A DNA stretch of 36,441 nt from a virus (lineage: Duplodnaviria > Caudoviricetes). The first letter of the stretch is position 1. The number at the start of each line of letters is the position of its first letter. The stretch lies in IMG/VR virus record IMGVR_UViG_3300025018_000073, positions 1-36,441 of that record, one strand, 5' to 3'. The notes below the pieces were generated by a model that saw nothing but the letters and a program-made list of their open reading frames with translations, did not search any database and had not been told where the DNA came from. The translations under genes and the position numbers were made by a program. This document shows positions 20,497-33,143 of the stretch, piece after piece.

Positions 20497-21480
20497 TTAG
20501 TAAACTATTTTTACAATTGCTTGATCAATTTTTGCAATAAATTCATCTGCTTGAGCAACTGTCATCTCTTTTGCACTTTCAACATTAAAATATTTATTCA
20601 TTGTTGCTTTTCTTTTTCTCTCACTTTCCTCAAAATTCCATCCACTTTTTTCTGCAAATTCTTTCCATTTTATTTGTACTTGTTTTATTTTATTCGATGG
20701 TAAAGCATCCTTTACTCAATTTAAAACTGTATATGGTGTAATATTATCTGGCATTGCATCAATAATCTCATCAAGTGGATTTTTTGCATCAAGTTCCTCA
20801 TCTGTAATATCAACAACAATATCCACTTTTTTTGCTGGTGTTTTTTTAATTTTTGGCTTTTTTTCAATATCTTCTGGTGTATCATCTTGATTATCTTGAT
20901 CAACTTGTCAATCAATGATGTCTTTTTCATCTCTGTTTGCAATTTCCTCTGCAAGATATGGTAATGATCAAAGTTCGCTTGGAAAACATAATCTAAAACC
21001 TTGTCAAATAGCAACTTTTTTGATCATAAATTTTCCTTTTGTATCCCAAATTTTATTTAATTTTCTTACTTTTGTGAATTTATCAAAAAAATATCATGCA
21101 AACTCATCAAAATCAATCTCCCAAACAAAAGGATTTGTCCAATCTTTTCTGTGTATTGTTACTCTTGCACCTGCAATTGATCAATCATCATTTTTAATTA
21201 CTTCACAACTCCAACCATTTAAAAGTCATGTTGCATTTGCTTTATCAATATAAACTTGGTATCAAGTAATTATTGAAAAATTATCACCATATCAAACTGC
21301 ATAAATTTCTCTTTTAAATGGATTTAATCCATTTGCTTTTGCAATTTGTAAAAACAAATTTTGTTGTTTTTCATTGATTGGATCTTTTAATCAAAAAAGA
21401 TACTCTTTCAATGTTTGCTCATCAACTGTCACAATTGCAACTTGTTGATCCTTACTCTTTGCCAATTCTTTTCCTGTCAT
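20497..21480 (-). CDS. bet: RecT/Bet single-strand annealing recombinase, 327 aa
   Basis: FLQIAKANGLNPFKREIYAV..IITGYQVYIDKA..GARVTIHRKDW..W..FMIKKVAI.QGFRLCFP. Confidence 0.9.
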
Positions 21481-21530
21481 GGTATTATATATAAGAAAAT
21501 AAAATTTATCTCTTTTTTTGAGACAAGATG

Positions 21531-21566
21531 ATTATATTTATTATTTATTTTATTTCAAGTTTTTTT
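21531..21566 (-). promoter_or_regulatory. Early-type promoter AAAAAAC-TTGAAA-16bp-TATAAT
   Basis: -35 at 21558-21553, -10 at 21536-21531, upstream of bet. Confidence 0.8.
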
Positions 21567-21582
21567 ATAGTTTTTTTACATT

Positions 21583-21786
21583 TTAATAAATTCATCTAGC
21601 CTCCAAAAGTTCTCTTTGCCATTTTATAGTGTCTCTTTGGATGGTTTCATATTCTGATGCACAGACATTATTTTGGTACTCTGTACCCTGTCATGAAAAA
21701 TATAAATATTCACAATTTATACTCTCATTTTCAACAATTCATACTGGTGCAAAAAATATTGCAAAGGTTATTATAATTTTTAACAT
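21583..21786 (-). CDS. Small exported protein, 67 aa
   Basis: MLKIIITFAIFFAPVGIV signal-like N-terminus, two Cys. Confidence 0.55.
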
Positions 21787-21867
21787 GGTATTATAATTAA
21801 AATATAAAATATATTCAATTAAAATTTATTGATTTTATTTTGATCATGTATTTCAATTGACAATATA

Positions 21868-21896
21868 ATTGTATCATTTAAAAAAAATAAATGCAA
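21868..21896 (-). promoter_or_regulatory. Promoter TTGCAT-17bp-TACAAT with extended TG
   Basis: Between the late terminator and the 21786 gene. Confidence 0.45.
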
Positions 21897-21936
21897 ATTA
21901 TGTGTGCATTTTTTTAAATAAAATTTAAAATAAATT

Positions 21937-21963
21937 AAAAGATGGCTTTTTATGGCCATCTTT
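21937..21963 (-). terminator. Intrinsic terminator ending the tail/lysis operon
   Basis: aaagatggc / gccatcttt stem 10 bp after the peptidase stop, followed by a T run on the minus strand. Confidence 0.8.
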
Positions 21964-21972
21964 GTGTGTGCA

Positions 21973-22827
21973 TTATTTTTGTAAATTTTCAATTTTTTTT
22001 AATAATTCTTTAATAATTATTAAATTTTTCTCATCTTGTCTATACATGACTGCCATTACTTCTTGTCTTGACATTGGATCTCTTGGATTTAATCAATTCC
22101 AATTCCCTTTTTTAAATTGCTTTTTTGCTCACTCAAGATCTATATTTTCCATGATTTTTTCTTTATATGATAAAATTTGATCCTCTTGATCAATTAAACT
22201 AAATTTTCATCCAAATAATAAATTAAAATCTGTATATTTTAAATAAAATTTTCCATGATCATATTTTTCTGGTCAATAAGAATTTTTAATAATAAAACAT
22301 CAACCCTCATAGTTATCATCAAATCAAATTATTAAAACTGCATGTCATGATCAACTATTTCCTCATAATACAAAAGGTGCTTTATATCATAAACTCCATT
22401 TTATTTTATTTGATCAAACAACAATTGGTCTATTTTTAAATATTGAGTGTTTTGCCTCATCAACTGTCTCAATTAAAGCCCATCATTTAATCAATCACAT
22501 ATCTCTGGCTGTCTTTGGTCAATCTGATACCATTGCACCTTTTTCAACATCAAGTCTACCTAATTCAAGTGCTTTTAATCAAAGATCTTTATTGTTTATC
22601 CTCACATCTGATCACTCCAAAAAGTTTTCCTCATTACTTCAATGTCATGTTGAATAAAAAACACACATATTTTTTGTTATTTCCTCCAATCATTGGTTTT
22701 GATACTCAACATTATCAAGTAAAACTTTTGATGGTAATTCTGATCATAATTTTATTTCATTTTCAAAAACTGATCAATATTTATAATCTCTCTCATCTGG
22801 TATATCAAATGCAAAATCTTTTATCAT
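21973..22827 (-). CDS. Papain-like (C1) cysteine peptidase with SLH-like C-terminus; candidate lysin, 284 aa
   Basis: PDERDY, QNQG..MC, GHAVLIIGFDD, KNSYG catalytic motifs; C-terminal WNGLNPRDPMSRQEVMAVMYR. Confidence 0.8.
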
Positions 22828-22970
22828 TGTCAAAAAATTATAGAATAAATTTTGTTTTCAATTTCCTCTATTTCCAAAAGGATTTCTCAAACCATTTCAA
22901 CATCCTTTGCTTTAAATAAACACTCATCAAGAGTATTTATTGTCATCTCTAATCTGATCACTTCATCCAT
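22821..22970 (-). CDS. Small acidic hypothetical protein, 49 aa
   Basis: Fills the gap between the two peptidase genes; stop overlaps the next start. Confidence 0.5.
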
Positions 22971-22992
22971 AATAAGTTTTTAATAAGATAAG

Positions 22993-23472
22993 TTAAAACT
23001 TTAATAAAAATCAATCAATTTCAAGTAATTTTGCAAGCTGTCATGGATTTATAAATAAACTATTCTGTGGACATAAAAAACTTGCCTCTTGTAATGCTCT
23101 TGCACATATTTCACTACAAAACCAATCTCACTCACCTTTTACATTAAAATTTAATGTCTGTGCAAATACAATGCCCCACCAATTATATCAATTGTTTTCT
23201 TGTCTTTTACAAAAATTTAATATTTTATCATATTGCCAATCATATACATCAAGATCAATAAAATCCCAATTATAATCTTTAAATTTTATTTTTTTAAATC
23301 TCACTCATTTATCCTCCTCACTTGATGAAAAACTTTGTCAATCCTCAAAAACCAACTCAACATGTGAATATCATGCATATCTTTGAGATAAATTTTTTCT
23401 TTGTTTCCATCTGATCAATTTTCAAAACAAAGATTTTGAATTTTTATAAAAAGCAACTCTTATTTTTATCAT
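22993..23472 (-). CDS. Permuted papain-like NlpC/P60 (YiiX/YaeF-type) protein, 159 aa
   Basis: YSHVELVF..GVRFK..YNWWGI..WFCSEICARAL..INPGQL. Confidence 0.8.
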
Positions 23473-23484
23473 AATAATATTTTT

Positions 23485-23910
23485 TTATAAATATAATGCA
23501 TCAATCTCATTTTTACAATCTAATCTTTTTTCTTTGATCCAATTAAATATATATTGTCAATCTTGTATCTCTAATAATTCACTCTCTGTAAAATCTCTAT
23601 TTTCTAATTTTGCAAATGTGTTTATTTCAATAATTCTTGCACTCATATTATTTTGAGTATAATATGGATATTTTTCTAAAATAATTTCATTATATTTTTG
23701 TTTAATCTTATTTATTTCATTTAATAAATATTTTTGTTTTTCATCCTCAAAAATTATTCAATCTGGTGTACTTGTTATAATTTCGTTTTTTTCATAATCA
23801 TAAAAACAAACAAATCATAATTTTATATATAATCTTTGATCAAATGTTAAATCAATTTCTTGCTCATTTAATCATTGTAAAATATACATTTTTCCATTTT
23901 GTATTCTCAT
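23485..23910 (-). CDS. Putative tail fibre assembly-type protein, 141 aa
   Basis: Directly after the tail fibre; IILEKYPYYTQNN motif. Confidence 0.5.
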
Positions 23911-23911
23911 T

Positions 23912-25912
23912 TTAATTATTTTTAAAAAGTAATATATCTGTATCTGAAATTGCTTCTCAATAACCAAACATTTTTCAAATAGTCAATCAAGAGTGTATTT
24001 TACTTATATTTCAATATCTTGAAACTTTTTTACTTTCATCTAATAATCAATCCTCTTGTAATATTCAAAAAAATGTTGATAAATCTTGTATTTTTCAATC
24101 TACATATAAAAAATTTCAAGCTGTATCGTTCCATGCATAAAATTCTCAATTTTTCATTTTTATACATTTTCTTTGAGCTGTATTTGCTGTAATATATGTT
24201 TCACTATCTTTTATTAAAACTAAATCTGCAATACTAAAAATATAATAATATCTACCATTTCAAGTTCCATCATAATCATAAACTGAAACAATAAACTTAT
24301 TTGTATCATACCATTGTAAAAAATCTGGTGAATGATTAACTCACATATCAATAATATTTGAAAATTGAAATCATAAAGTATCATCATATCTAACAAATTG
24401 ACATCTTCAATATGTATTATATAATCAAACCCAAAACATTTCTCTACCATTTCATCAAACTGCTAAATTATTGTCTCAATATCTTATTGTAATACTTGTT
24501 AATCATGGATTATATAATAATGTCTCATTTGAAAAAGTTATATTATGTCAAACACATGTGATTTTACATGCATAAATATCAATCTGACTTACATTTTTAT
24601 GGAAAATAACTGCTCAAACATCCTCTGCCCATGATGTTATTGGTAAAGGTCATCATGATAATCAATAAGAATTTGTAATAGTATATCTTGTCCCATTTGT
24701 AACTATAACTTTTGTACTTGTATTTATAGTTAATTTTTTAATATAATTTGCATTATATTGCACCAATAGTGTTGTATCTGTCATTCTGCATCAAGAGTTG
24801 AAATTTCAAACTGCTCAAGTAACATCAATTGATTGATATGCTCAATGAGTAAATACTCAAGTTGTTGGATTAAATTCGGAAATAGTACAATATAAATAAT
24901 TACTTCAATTTGTATATAAAAATACAAAAATATTATTTCACATTGGTATCATACTTGTATAAGTAAAACTTGTTGATGTTGTAACTGATGTTGTTAAAAC
25001 TCCTGCTGATCTTCTATAAGGAGTTCAATCAATATTAAATCAATAAACAAAAGATGTCCGATAATTTCCTGTTGATCAATCATTATAAGCACTTAAAACA
25101 CAAAAATTTTCCTCATCAATTTTAAAAATGTTAAATCATATTCCATTAACAACTCATGCTGTATTTACATTTAAACTTGTAAAAGCAACTAAGTCTAAAT
25201 AGTCAATTTTTCAAGTATTTAATAATTTCACCATCTCTCATGATGTTAAATTATTTGCTAATTGATAATTTTTCAATGCATTTTGTATATTTTCAATTTT
25301 TATTTTTTTATTTCAAATACCATCAAATATTACTCAAAAATCTCAATATTTTCATATATCCTCTGATAATACATCAATATCCAACTCTGCTGGTGGCATA
25401 TTTTCAACTGGTATAAGTCAATTTCAATCAAGTAATAAAAGAGTATTTGCAATATTAAATGTATTTCATTGTAAAGTTGCATTAAAATGATCTGATAATT
25501 TTATTGCAACTCTATCATCTCAAACAACATCTGAAATAATATCATATAATGCAACAAAATTTAATGATGGATATGTACTTGGATCTGTTGTTATTTCTCA
25601 AAGTCAAGTCCCATTTTCATTATTTAAAGTTCCATCATCAATTTTATCTTGATCAATAACAATATATACTTTTTTTGTCCCACTCATATCAACTGCAACA
25701 TTTTCTGTATTTTCAAAAGTTGCTAAAAAAGTGTCTCAATTTGATCTTGTACATTTTATCAATGCCTTTCATGGTAAAATTTCTGCACTTGCACCACTTC
25801 ATGAAATACTAAATCCCTCAATAATACCTTGTTGAATTGTTGCCAAAAATCATGCTGTGAAATCTTTATCATAATTGATATTATTTCCATTTAATATTCA
25901 AACTCTTTGCAT
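23912..25912 (-). CDS. Tail fibre / receptor-binding protein, 666 aa
   Basis: Long T/S/N/G/Y-rich beta-type ORF after the baseplate genes; frame checked at the ends and spot-checked internally. Confidence 0.75.
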
Positions 25913-25944
25913 TTTTTTTAAATTTAATAAATAAACTTTAAATT

Positions 25945-25980
25945 ACTATAATTTTTTACTCATTTTATTCAATGTCTTTT
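25945..25980 (-). promoter_or_regulatory. Late-type promoter AAAGACA-TTGAAT-16bp-TATAGT
   Basis: Repeat motif upstream of the tail fibre. Confidence 0.6.
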
Positions 25981-27034
25981 ATTGTAATTCAAGTGTTTTT
26001 AATCTTTGTTGGATCTCTCATACTTGCTCAATAATATTTTTACTATATATTTTTGATGATGATAATTTATATGTAATTTTTGGTAAATCTCATCAAATAT
26101 ATTGTTTTTCAACAATTTTCATTGATCAATCAAAAAACATTATATCATTTCAAACAAATATATAAATATAAACAAGATCTCACAAAAATGCTTGGAAAAA
26201 ATCATCAACAATTGCTGTCACATCAAATTCTCATCAACTTTCCTTGTGATCATCCAAATATGATGATGTTGTTGTTGTATCATCTCATGATGTTGTAAAA
26301 CTACTCTCAACCAATCAAAATTCTGCAATACTTATTATATCATAATCCTCTGTATAATTTGATCATGATTTTCAAATCACTCAATTTGCCAAATTTTTTC
26401 AATCATTTGCCATTTTTACACTGTCAATTGATCTATCATCTGGCTCATTTATATCATATCTATACTCAATAAAATTATCTCATATTGTTTTATTTTCTCA
26501 AATTGTATCTTTAAATTTTAAAATACCATCAAATGTTTGAAATTCATATCAATTTAATGCAAGATCTTTTAAAATTTTTAAAAATGTTTCTGCTTTTTTA
26601 TATGTTTTTGATGTTAATGTTGTAATTCCACAATCTAAAACAATATTTGTATTATATCTTGTATTTATTGCATCCAGAATTGTTTGTAAAATTGTATCAA
26701 CACTTTGATTTGTAAATGTATAATCTACATGCAAAAGTCTCCTTTCAAATAAATGCTCAAAACTTTCAAGTTTTATACTTGTTTTGTCCAAATCTGCATC
26801 AAATCATCTAATCACTCAATCAAACATCAATTTTTCTTCATTTCAAATTTGCATATTTATTTTAACTCTCCTATATTCTTTTAAATAATTTCTGGTACAA
26901 TATGGATTTGTTTGATATAATCAAAAAGATGCTGTTGAAATATCATTGAGTTTATTTTGGATATTCATATCTAAAATATCCTCAACTTGTGCAATTATAT
27001 CATTATTTTTATCATAAATATATGCAATAAACAT
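25979..27034 (-). CDS. Baseplate hub / minor tail protein, 351 aa
   Basis: Follows the distal tail gene; KLNDISTASF..FDGVIRG.. Confidence 0.7.
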
Positions 27035-27048
27035 GTTTTTATAAATTA

Positions 27049-27921
27049 TTAAAGTAAAACATCTCTGTATTTAATATCAATATCAAAATCACTCTCAACT
27101 AATCATCCATCATCATCATAAATTGAAAATGTTGTTGAAAATTTTGCTTTTGGCCATGTCGATCATGCAACCCTGCTTGATTTTATATTTATACCATTTT
27201 TTGTAACTTCAAATGTATTTGAATTTATCACAATTATATCATCTACAACTGCATCAATATCAAGTGCAAAAAATGTGCCATCTGTTAAATTTTTTATCAT
27301 CAATAATGTGTTTATCTCTCATTTTACTGTCAAAGTAATTTCCAAAGGTGCATCAATATTACCTCATGTGATAATCTGGATCTCATTAAAATTATCATCC
27401 ATTTTAAATCAAAGTTTTGCTCAAAGTTTAACTCATCCATAAAATCACTCTGATCATTGCACCTCTTTTTGATCAACATTATAATATCTTGGATCTTCTG
27501 ATTGTAAAACAACCCTAAATCTCCTCGTTGCTCAAGCCTGCCAATCATTATCATTTATATCAATTGACAAAGGCTCTTTTATTTTTGCATTTATTTGCCA
27601 TCTCCTATCTTGCTCATCTGTAACAATAAATGGTAAAAGTTCAACTTGATTTGGTACTCATTGCAATGCAAATAATCACTCAAGATAATCAATACCTTTG
27701 CTTGATCAAATTTGATCATCTGCAATAATCATCCCCTCAATTGAAATCCTGCGACCTCTTGCAAAAGTTGGTGATAATTTAACACCATGAAATCATTGCA
27801 CATTTGTTTGCTCATCTGATATATCTAAAGACTTCCATTGTATTACATCAATACCAACTCTAAAATCTCAAGTTGTTTTTGAGATTGTTTGGCCATTAAA
27901 TTCAAAAGATTTTCAAATCAT
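27049..27921 (-). CDS. Distal tail protein (Dit)-like, 290 aa
   Basis: Follows the tape measure; QGFHG..RGRRISIEG..GSTWP..YRD. Confidence 0.7.
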
Positions 27922-27939
27922 AATATAAAAATTAAAAAA

Positions 27940-30900
27940 TTAAAGTTTCCATTTTGCATAATCAATAAATCATTTTAAATCTGCTCATCAATTTACTGTA
28001 ATATTATTATTTTGAGTTTTATTTGTTGTGTTTGTATATCATCAATCTGCAAATCATCTGCCTCTTGAATTTTCTAAACTGTCAAATAGTGGCCTCATGC
28101 TATTTACCATCCATTTTGGTGCAACCCACTCTCATTTATGTACAACTCATGCAACCTCATTTGCTCATCATGATCATGTAAATCAACCACTTGCAAATCA
28201 TTGTCATCCTCATTTTACTGCATTTAATTCTCTTTGTTTTGCAATTGCTGTATTGATCTGATTGATCAATGTTGCATATTCTGTTTCAATAGCTGTAATA
28301 TTTGCCAATTGTATTGCTGTGGTACTATTTGATAGAGTGATTGTTGCATCTGCAATTTCTTGTTGTTGTAATATTATTGCATCTTTTTGTGCTGTAAGTT
28401 GTATTTTATCTCTAGCAAGTTTCATGATCAATTCTTGCTCCTCTTGACTTAAATTTAAAAATCTTTCATTTGCCAAAATTTTATCCAATTCTTGTTGATC
28501 TAATTTTTTTAAATCCAAAAATGTTTTATTGATCCTTTGTAAACTTTCAAGTTTTGTTTTTTCTGCCTCAAATTCTTTTGTTTGTGCATCAATCTGGATC
28601 TGTGCATCCTCTTTTGTTTTTTCTGCCTCACTCAATCATGCTCTCCTTTGTGCCTCAAGTCTTTGTGCCTCTGTTGTATTTGCAACAATAAACTCTTGCT
28701 CTTTTAATATATCTGTTTTTTCTTTTTCAAGATCTGTTAATTTTTGTTGATTTTCAAGACTTATTCACTCAACTTGCAATGATTTTAATTGATCATTATA
28801 TTTTGCGAGTGTAAGTTTTTGACTTTGTTTTGTACTTTCACTTGTTTTTGATGTATTTTCATTTATTTTTAATTGTAATAATGAGATTTTATCTTGTAAT
28901 TCTGCAATTTTTTCTTTTTTTGTTACCTCATCCTCTAAACTATTTGTCTTTGCATCTGCAATATCTGTCTCAATATCTGCAAGATTTTTTGCAAGTTCAA
29001 CTCATCTTTGTGCAATATCAACTGCTGTCTCTGATTGTATTTTTCAAATTGCATCCTCATATTTTGTGGTGCTGTCATCCAATTCTTTTCAAATTGCTCT
29101 AATACTGTCCTCAATATCTTGATTATATTTTTTTGTATCCTCTGCAAGTTTTTCTGATGCTTTATTGACATCCTCAATTTTTTTCTCCCAATCTTTATAT
29201 AATGTTTTTACTTGATCAATTGTATCTTTTGCAACTTTTCATTGTTGTCCTGTTTTATCTTTTGCATCATCCACTGATCATTTGTATTTATCAATAAGAT
29301 CTAAAATACTAAAATATCATTGCTCATAAAGTTTTGCATTTTCCTCTGCTTTTTTTGCCCCCTCCTTTAAACTTGTTTCAATTCTTTGGTTTCACTCAAC
29401 AACATTTTCTCAAAATTTATTCCAATCATTTCACATATCTGAAAAAGCCTCTTTTGAAACACCAACAATATTGTCAATTCAATCTCAATAATTATTTGCA
29501 ATATTTCAAAAACTTGCTCAAATTCCTGCATAATTTCATTTAATATCTGATCAAAATTTTGCAAAATCATCTTTTAAATTTCCAATTGTTTTTCAAATCT
29601 TCAACTCAAAAGGTTTGAAATCTGCATCTCAAAGTCATGCAAGTCTATTTATATCAATTCATGGTACTTTATTTATTGCATCAATTACTTTATTTAATCA
29701 TTTTATTGCAAGGTTTCATGCTTTTTGCATAGCAACTCAAACATTTGTTGCAATACCTTTAAATACTCAAACAAGTGCCTCTGCAAGTCACAACCATAAA
29801 TCTCAAATTACTTTTACTGATAAAACAACAACATCAATGATACTCTTAAAAGTTCAAACAATAGATGTATATAAAATATTCCATCAATCTCAAATACTTT
29901 TAAAAAATGCTTTCCAAACTTCAATTTGTGCTCAAAGTATTATTACAAGGATTTTAAAAAGAGATTTTATTGCTGTTACAATCAAGTTTACACCAACTCA
30001 AAATCATTGCACAATTTTCATAAAAACAAAAGCAAATCATTGCATGTCATTGCTGTTTTGAGTTGATCATGTATTTATAAAAGAAAATAAGCCTCAAAAA
30101 GTTTTAAAAAGATCTCAAATCACTGATCAAATAATTTTCCCTGTTTCCACAATAGTTGTGATAATTGCTCAACCATAAGATGACACAAAAACTGTAATAT
30201 TTTTTAAAAGTCATGCTGTTGATCATGCGACATCTTTTCATGCATTTGCAAAAACATCTTTTATTGCACCTCTCAAACCTTTTAATTGATTTGCAAAACT
30301 GTCTCATGTTTTAATTGCATCACCTTGTGCATTGGTTGTATTATCAAGTAATAACTGATAAGTTGCAAGGGCTTTTTGGGCTTTTGTCAATTCTTTTCAC
30401 TGATCTTGTAATCATAAGCTATATGCTTTATTTTGCACATCTGACTCACTAATAACAATTCAAAGGGATTTTAATGCCTCTCTCTCTCATGATAATGCAC
30501 TTGTAAATGCTCCAATTACTTGCTTATCTGATGCATTATTAAAAGATGCAACATCAATTGCAAGTTGTGTTAATCACAAAGATAATCCATCAACTTCACT
30601 TTGTGCAAGTCATAATGGTGCGAGTACATTTCAAACATTACCTCAAAAAATCATAAGATCCAAACTTGATCTATTTGTTGCTTTTGCAAGATTATCAAAA
30701 TTTTGCTTTACTTTTTCTGATCAATTAAAAATTACATCAAATTTACTTGATGTTTCCTCAAGATCTGATCAAAGAGAAAATAATGATTTTGTAAAACTTA
30801 CAATTGCTGTAATGCTAAAAACTTTTGCAATCAATCATCATAATCATGCAAAAGCACTTTTTATCTTTCATGATCATTTCACTGTTTTATCTGTAAAGTT

Positions 30901-31014
30901 TTGCTCAATACCATCTCAAGTCTTTTTAAACTCTGTTTGTACTTGTTTTGTTGCCTTGTTTAATGATTTATCATCAACCTTTACTCAAACTGACAACTCA
31001 CCAATATTTGCCAT
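27940..31014 (-). CDS. Tail tape measure protein, 1024 aa
   Basis: MANIGELSVGVK..SDLEETSSKFDVIF..AIDVASFNN..SALSGEREALKSLGI..GDAIKT; C-terminal GFASGGFTG..AGVVH.GEWVAP. Confidence 0.92.
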
Positions 31015-31037
31015 AATTCTTTTTTAAAAAAATAAAT

Positions 31038-31568
31038 TTATTTATTATAAAAATCTAAAAACTCTTTTTTAAATCATTTTTTATCTGGGCTTTTTGAATT
31101 TCTGTTTTTTTCGTATTCTTTTTGTCATGTTGTATATGGTAAATCCTTATATTGTTTCATAAAATATTGATATGGCCATTTTCTCATCTCTGACAAATGT
31201 TGTTTTAAATAATGCATCATTTGTCCCTCAATTATATGGAAATCATCCAACATATCCTCAACCTCTTTTTTTGGATCTTTTTTTTGTTTATTTTTAAATG
31301 CTTGGATCTTTTTTTGAGTATCTGTCATTTTATCCATCAAATCCTCATTTTTTCACTCATTTTCTTGTCAAAGCAAGATCCTCATAAATTCTCTTGATTG
31401 TCTTGTATTTAATAATGGTGCTTGATCATTAAACTCCATAAATATTTTATCCAATCATCACTCAAGATCTATATTGATATATAAATAATCCTCAAGTGTA
31501 AGATCTCAACAATAAAAAGTTTTTCCATGATATAAAAAAGTATTTTTTTGCCTTATCAAAGCTGTCAT
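31038..31568 (-). CDS. Tail assembly chaperone (second, T-like ORF), 176 aa
   Basis: Position before the tape measure; overlaps the preceding ORF in the -1 frame. Confidence 0.6.
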
Positions 31569-31834
31569 TTTTCAATCTTTCATTTTGTATAAGTTATAAA
31601 TGCAAATAATTTATCTTTTGTGATATTTGAAACATCAACATTTTTATTTCTTATCTCAAGAATTTCTTTACAAATTGGTTTCCATTGATCAACAAGATCT
31701 CTTTTAAATATTCAAGTTTTTATATTCAATATTTTTTCAATTATTGCAATTGGTATGTCTCAAACTTCATACTCAATACCATTTATTTTAATCAAATCAA
31801 TTTCCTCATTTGCATCAAGATTATATATTGTCAT
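31553..31834 (-). CDS. Tail assembly chaperone (G-like), 93 aa
   Basis: MTIYNLDA..IKINGIEYEVGDIP; follows the major tail gene. Confidence 0.65.
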
Positions 31835-31871
31835 ATTTTATTTTTAAATAATAAAAAAACTATTCTAAAAT

Positions 31872-31907
31872 AGAATAGCTTTTTATTTATTTTATTCAAT
31901 GTCTTTT
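31872..31907 (-). promoter_or_regulatory. Late-type promoter AAAGACA-TTGAAT-16bp-TATTCT, -10 inside hairpin ctattcta/tagaatag
   Basis: Repeat motif; inverted repeat 31860-31878 may also act as terminator for the major tail gene. Confidence 0.55.
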
Positions 31908-31909
31908 GA

Positions 31910-32686
31910 TTATACAACATCTTGCTCATCATATATTCTGAATAAATTTTGAGATCATGCAACTGGATATGCTTTTATTTCTACTGGTATATTTAATGCA
32001 TCATCTGTCGTATCATCTGATAAGAAAGTTGCATCAATTCATGCTCTATTGTAACCCTCATAAAATTCAATCCCAAATACTTTTCCATCTTCATCTGTGT
32101 TTTCAAACTTAAATCTATTTGTTGCAAGAGTTTTAATTATATCTCTATATAATTGCTCTTTTCTTGCTAATGGTGTATAACTATAATCTGCATCAAGTAC
32201 AAGTGCATTTGCTGTAATTGGCATTATATATGTGTATCAATCTGATCCAACAAACACTCTGTAATTTGTATTTAAAACAAGAGGTGTACCATCTGCATCA
32301 ATTACTATTGATGTAACTTCTGTATTGTCTCCATTTTTAAATGCAAGTTTTATTGGTTGATCAACTGTCCATCAAGTTCAAAGAGCCTCACCAACCACTG
32401 GTGTTGGTGTACCATCAATTGTTGAATAATCTGCAATCCCATCAATTGCTTGTAAGTTATCCAAAACAAATTCATATAAATTTGCACTAAAAACAACTTC
32501 ATCAAGTTTTACTTTTGGTGGCATTTTTGCATTATCCACAATAAGTTCAATTATTGATTTTGTAACATTTAAGTTTGCATCTTTTAATGCTCAAAGATTG
32601 ATCCATGTTGATCAACCATCTGATGACATTGAAAATATACCACTTCAAAATCTAACTGATTTTACTTTTTGTACACTATTTTGCAT
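31910..32686 (-). CDS. Major tail (tube) protein, 258 aa
   Basis: MQNSVQKVKSVRFGSG..INLGALKDA..RFKFENTDEDGKVFGIEFY..FRIYDEQ; after the tail terminator. Confidence 0.8.
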
Positions 32687-32719
32687 AATTTTATATTTAA
32701 AAATTAAAAGTAAATTATT

Positions 32720-33100
32720 TTAGCTTTCGCCATCCTCAATCATTTTTATATGTACTGTAACATGGTTTCAAAATGTTCAAGTTTCTTTGTCAAATGTTTC
32801 ATCAAATCACATAACATCACAAAATTTCACTGGTGCTTTTTTTAATCCATTGAATATTGAGGAAATCACCCCCAACATTATTTCATTGTCATTTATAGAT
32901 TTTCACCAAATACTGATCTGTATATATTCATTTCTAATACCCTTTAGATCAAGTTTTCATTGTGTAACTCTATTATAAACAATCAATGGCCATGCACTGT
33001 TTAATGGTGCTGTATTTGGATATATTCTTTGACTAACATATCATGACAATGTGGTATTGTTTTTAAGTTTATCAAAAACAAATTTTTTTACATTGATCAT
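32720..33100 (-). CDS. Tail terminator / completion protein (DUF3168-like), 126 aa
   Basis: VSQRIYPNTAPLNSAWPLIVYNRV..IQISIWG. Confidence 0.8.
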
Positions 33101-33107
33101 ACTTTGT

Positions 33108-33143
33108 ATTATTATTAAATAAAATTTTTTTTCAATGTCTTTA
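33108..33143 (-). promoter_or_regulatory. Late-type promoter AAAGACA-TTGAAA-16bp-AATAAT
   Basis: Repeat motif upstream of the tail terminator/major tail genes; weak -10. Confidence 0.45.

Noticed and set aside
23912-25912. Diversity-generating retroelement or invertible tail-fibre cassette
   Set aside because: No reverse transcriptase, invertase or duplicated template region noticed
8859-29668. Other CATGGTA matches (about 8859, 11377, 29660) as sRNA targets
   Set aside because: They are short, internal to genes and not at annotated starts; expected by chance
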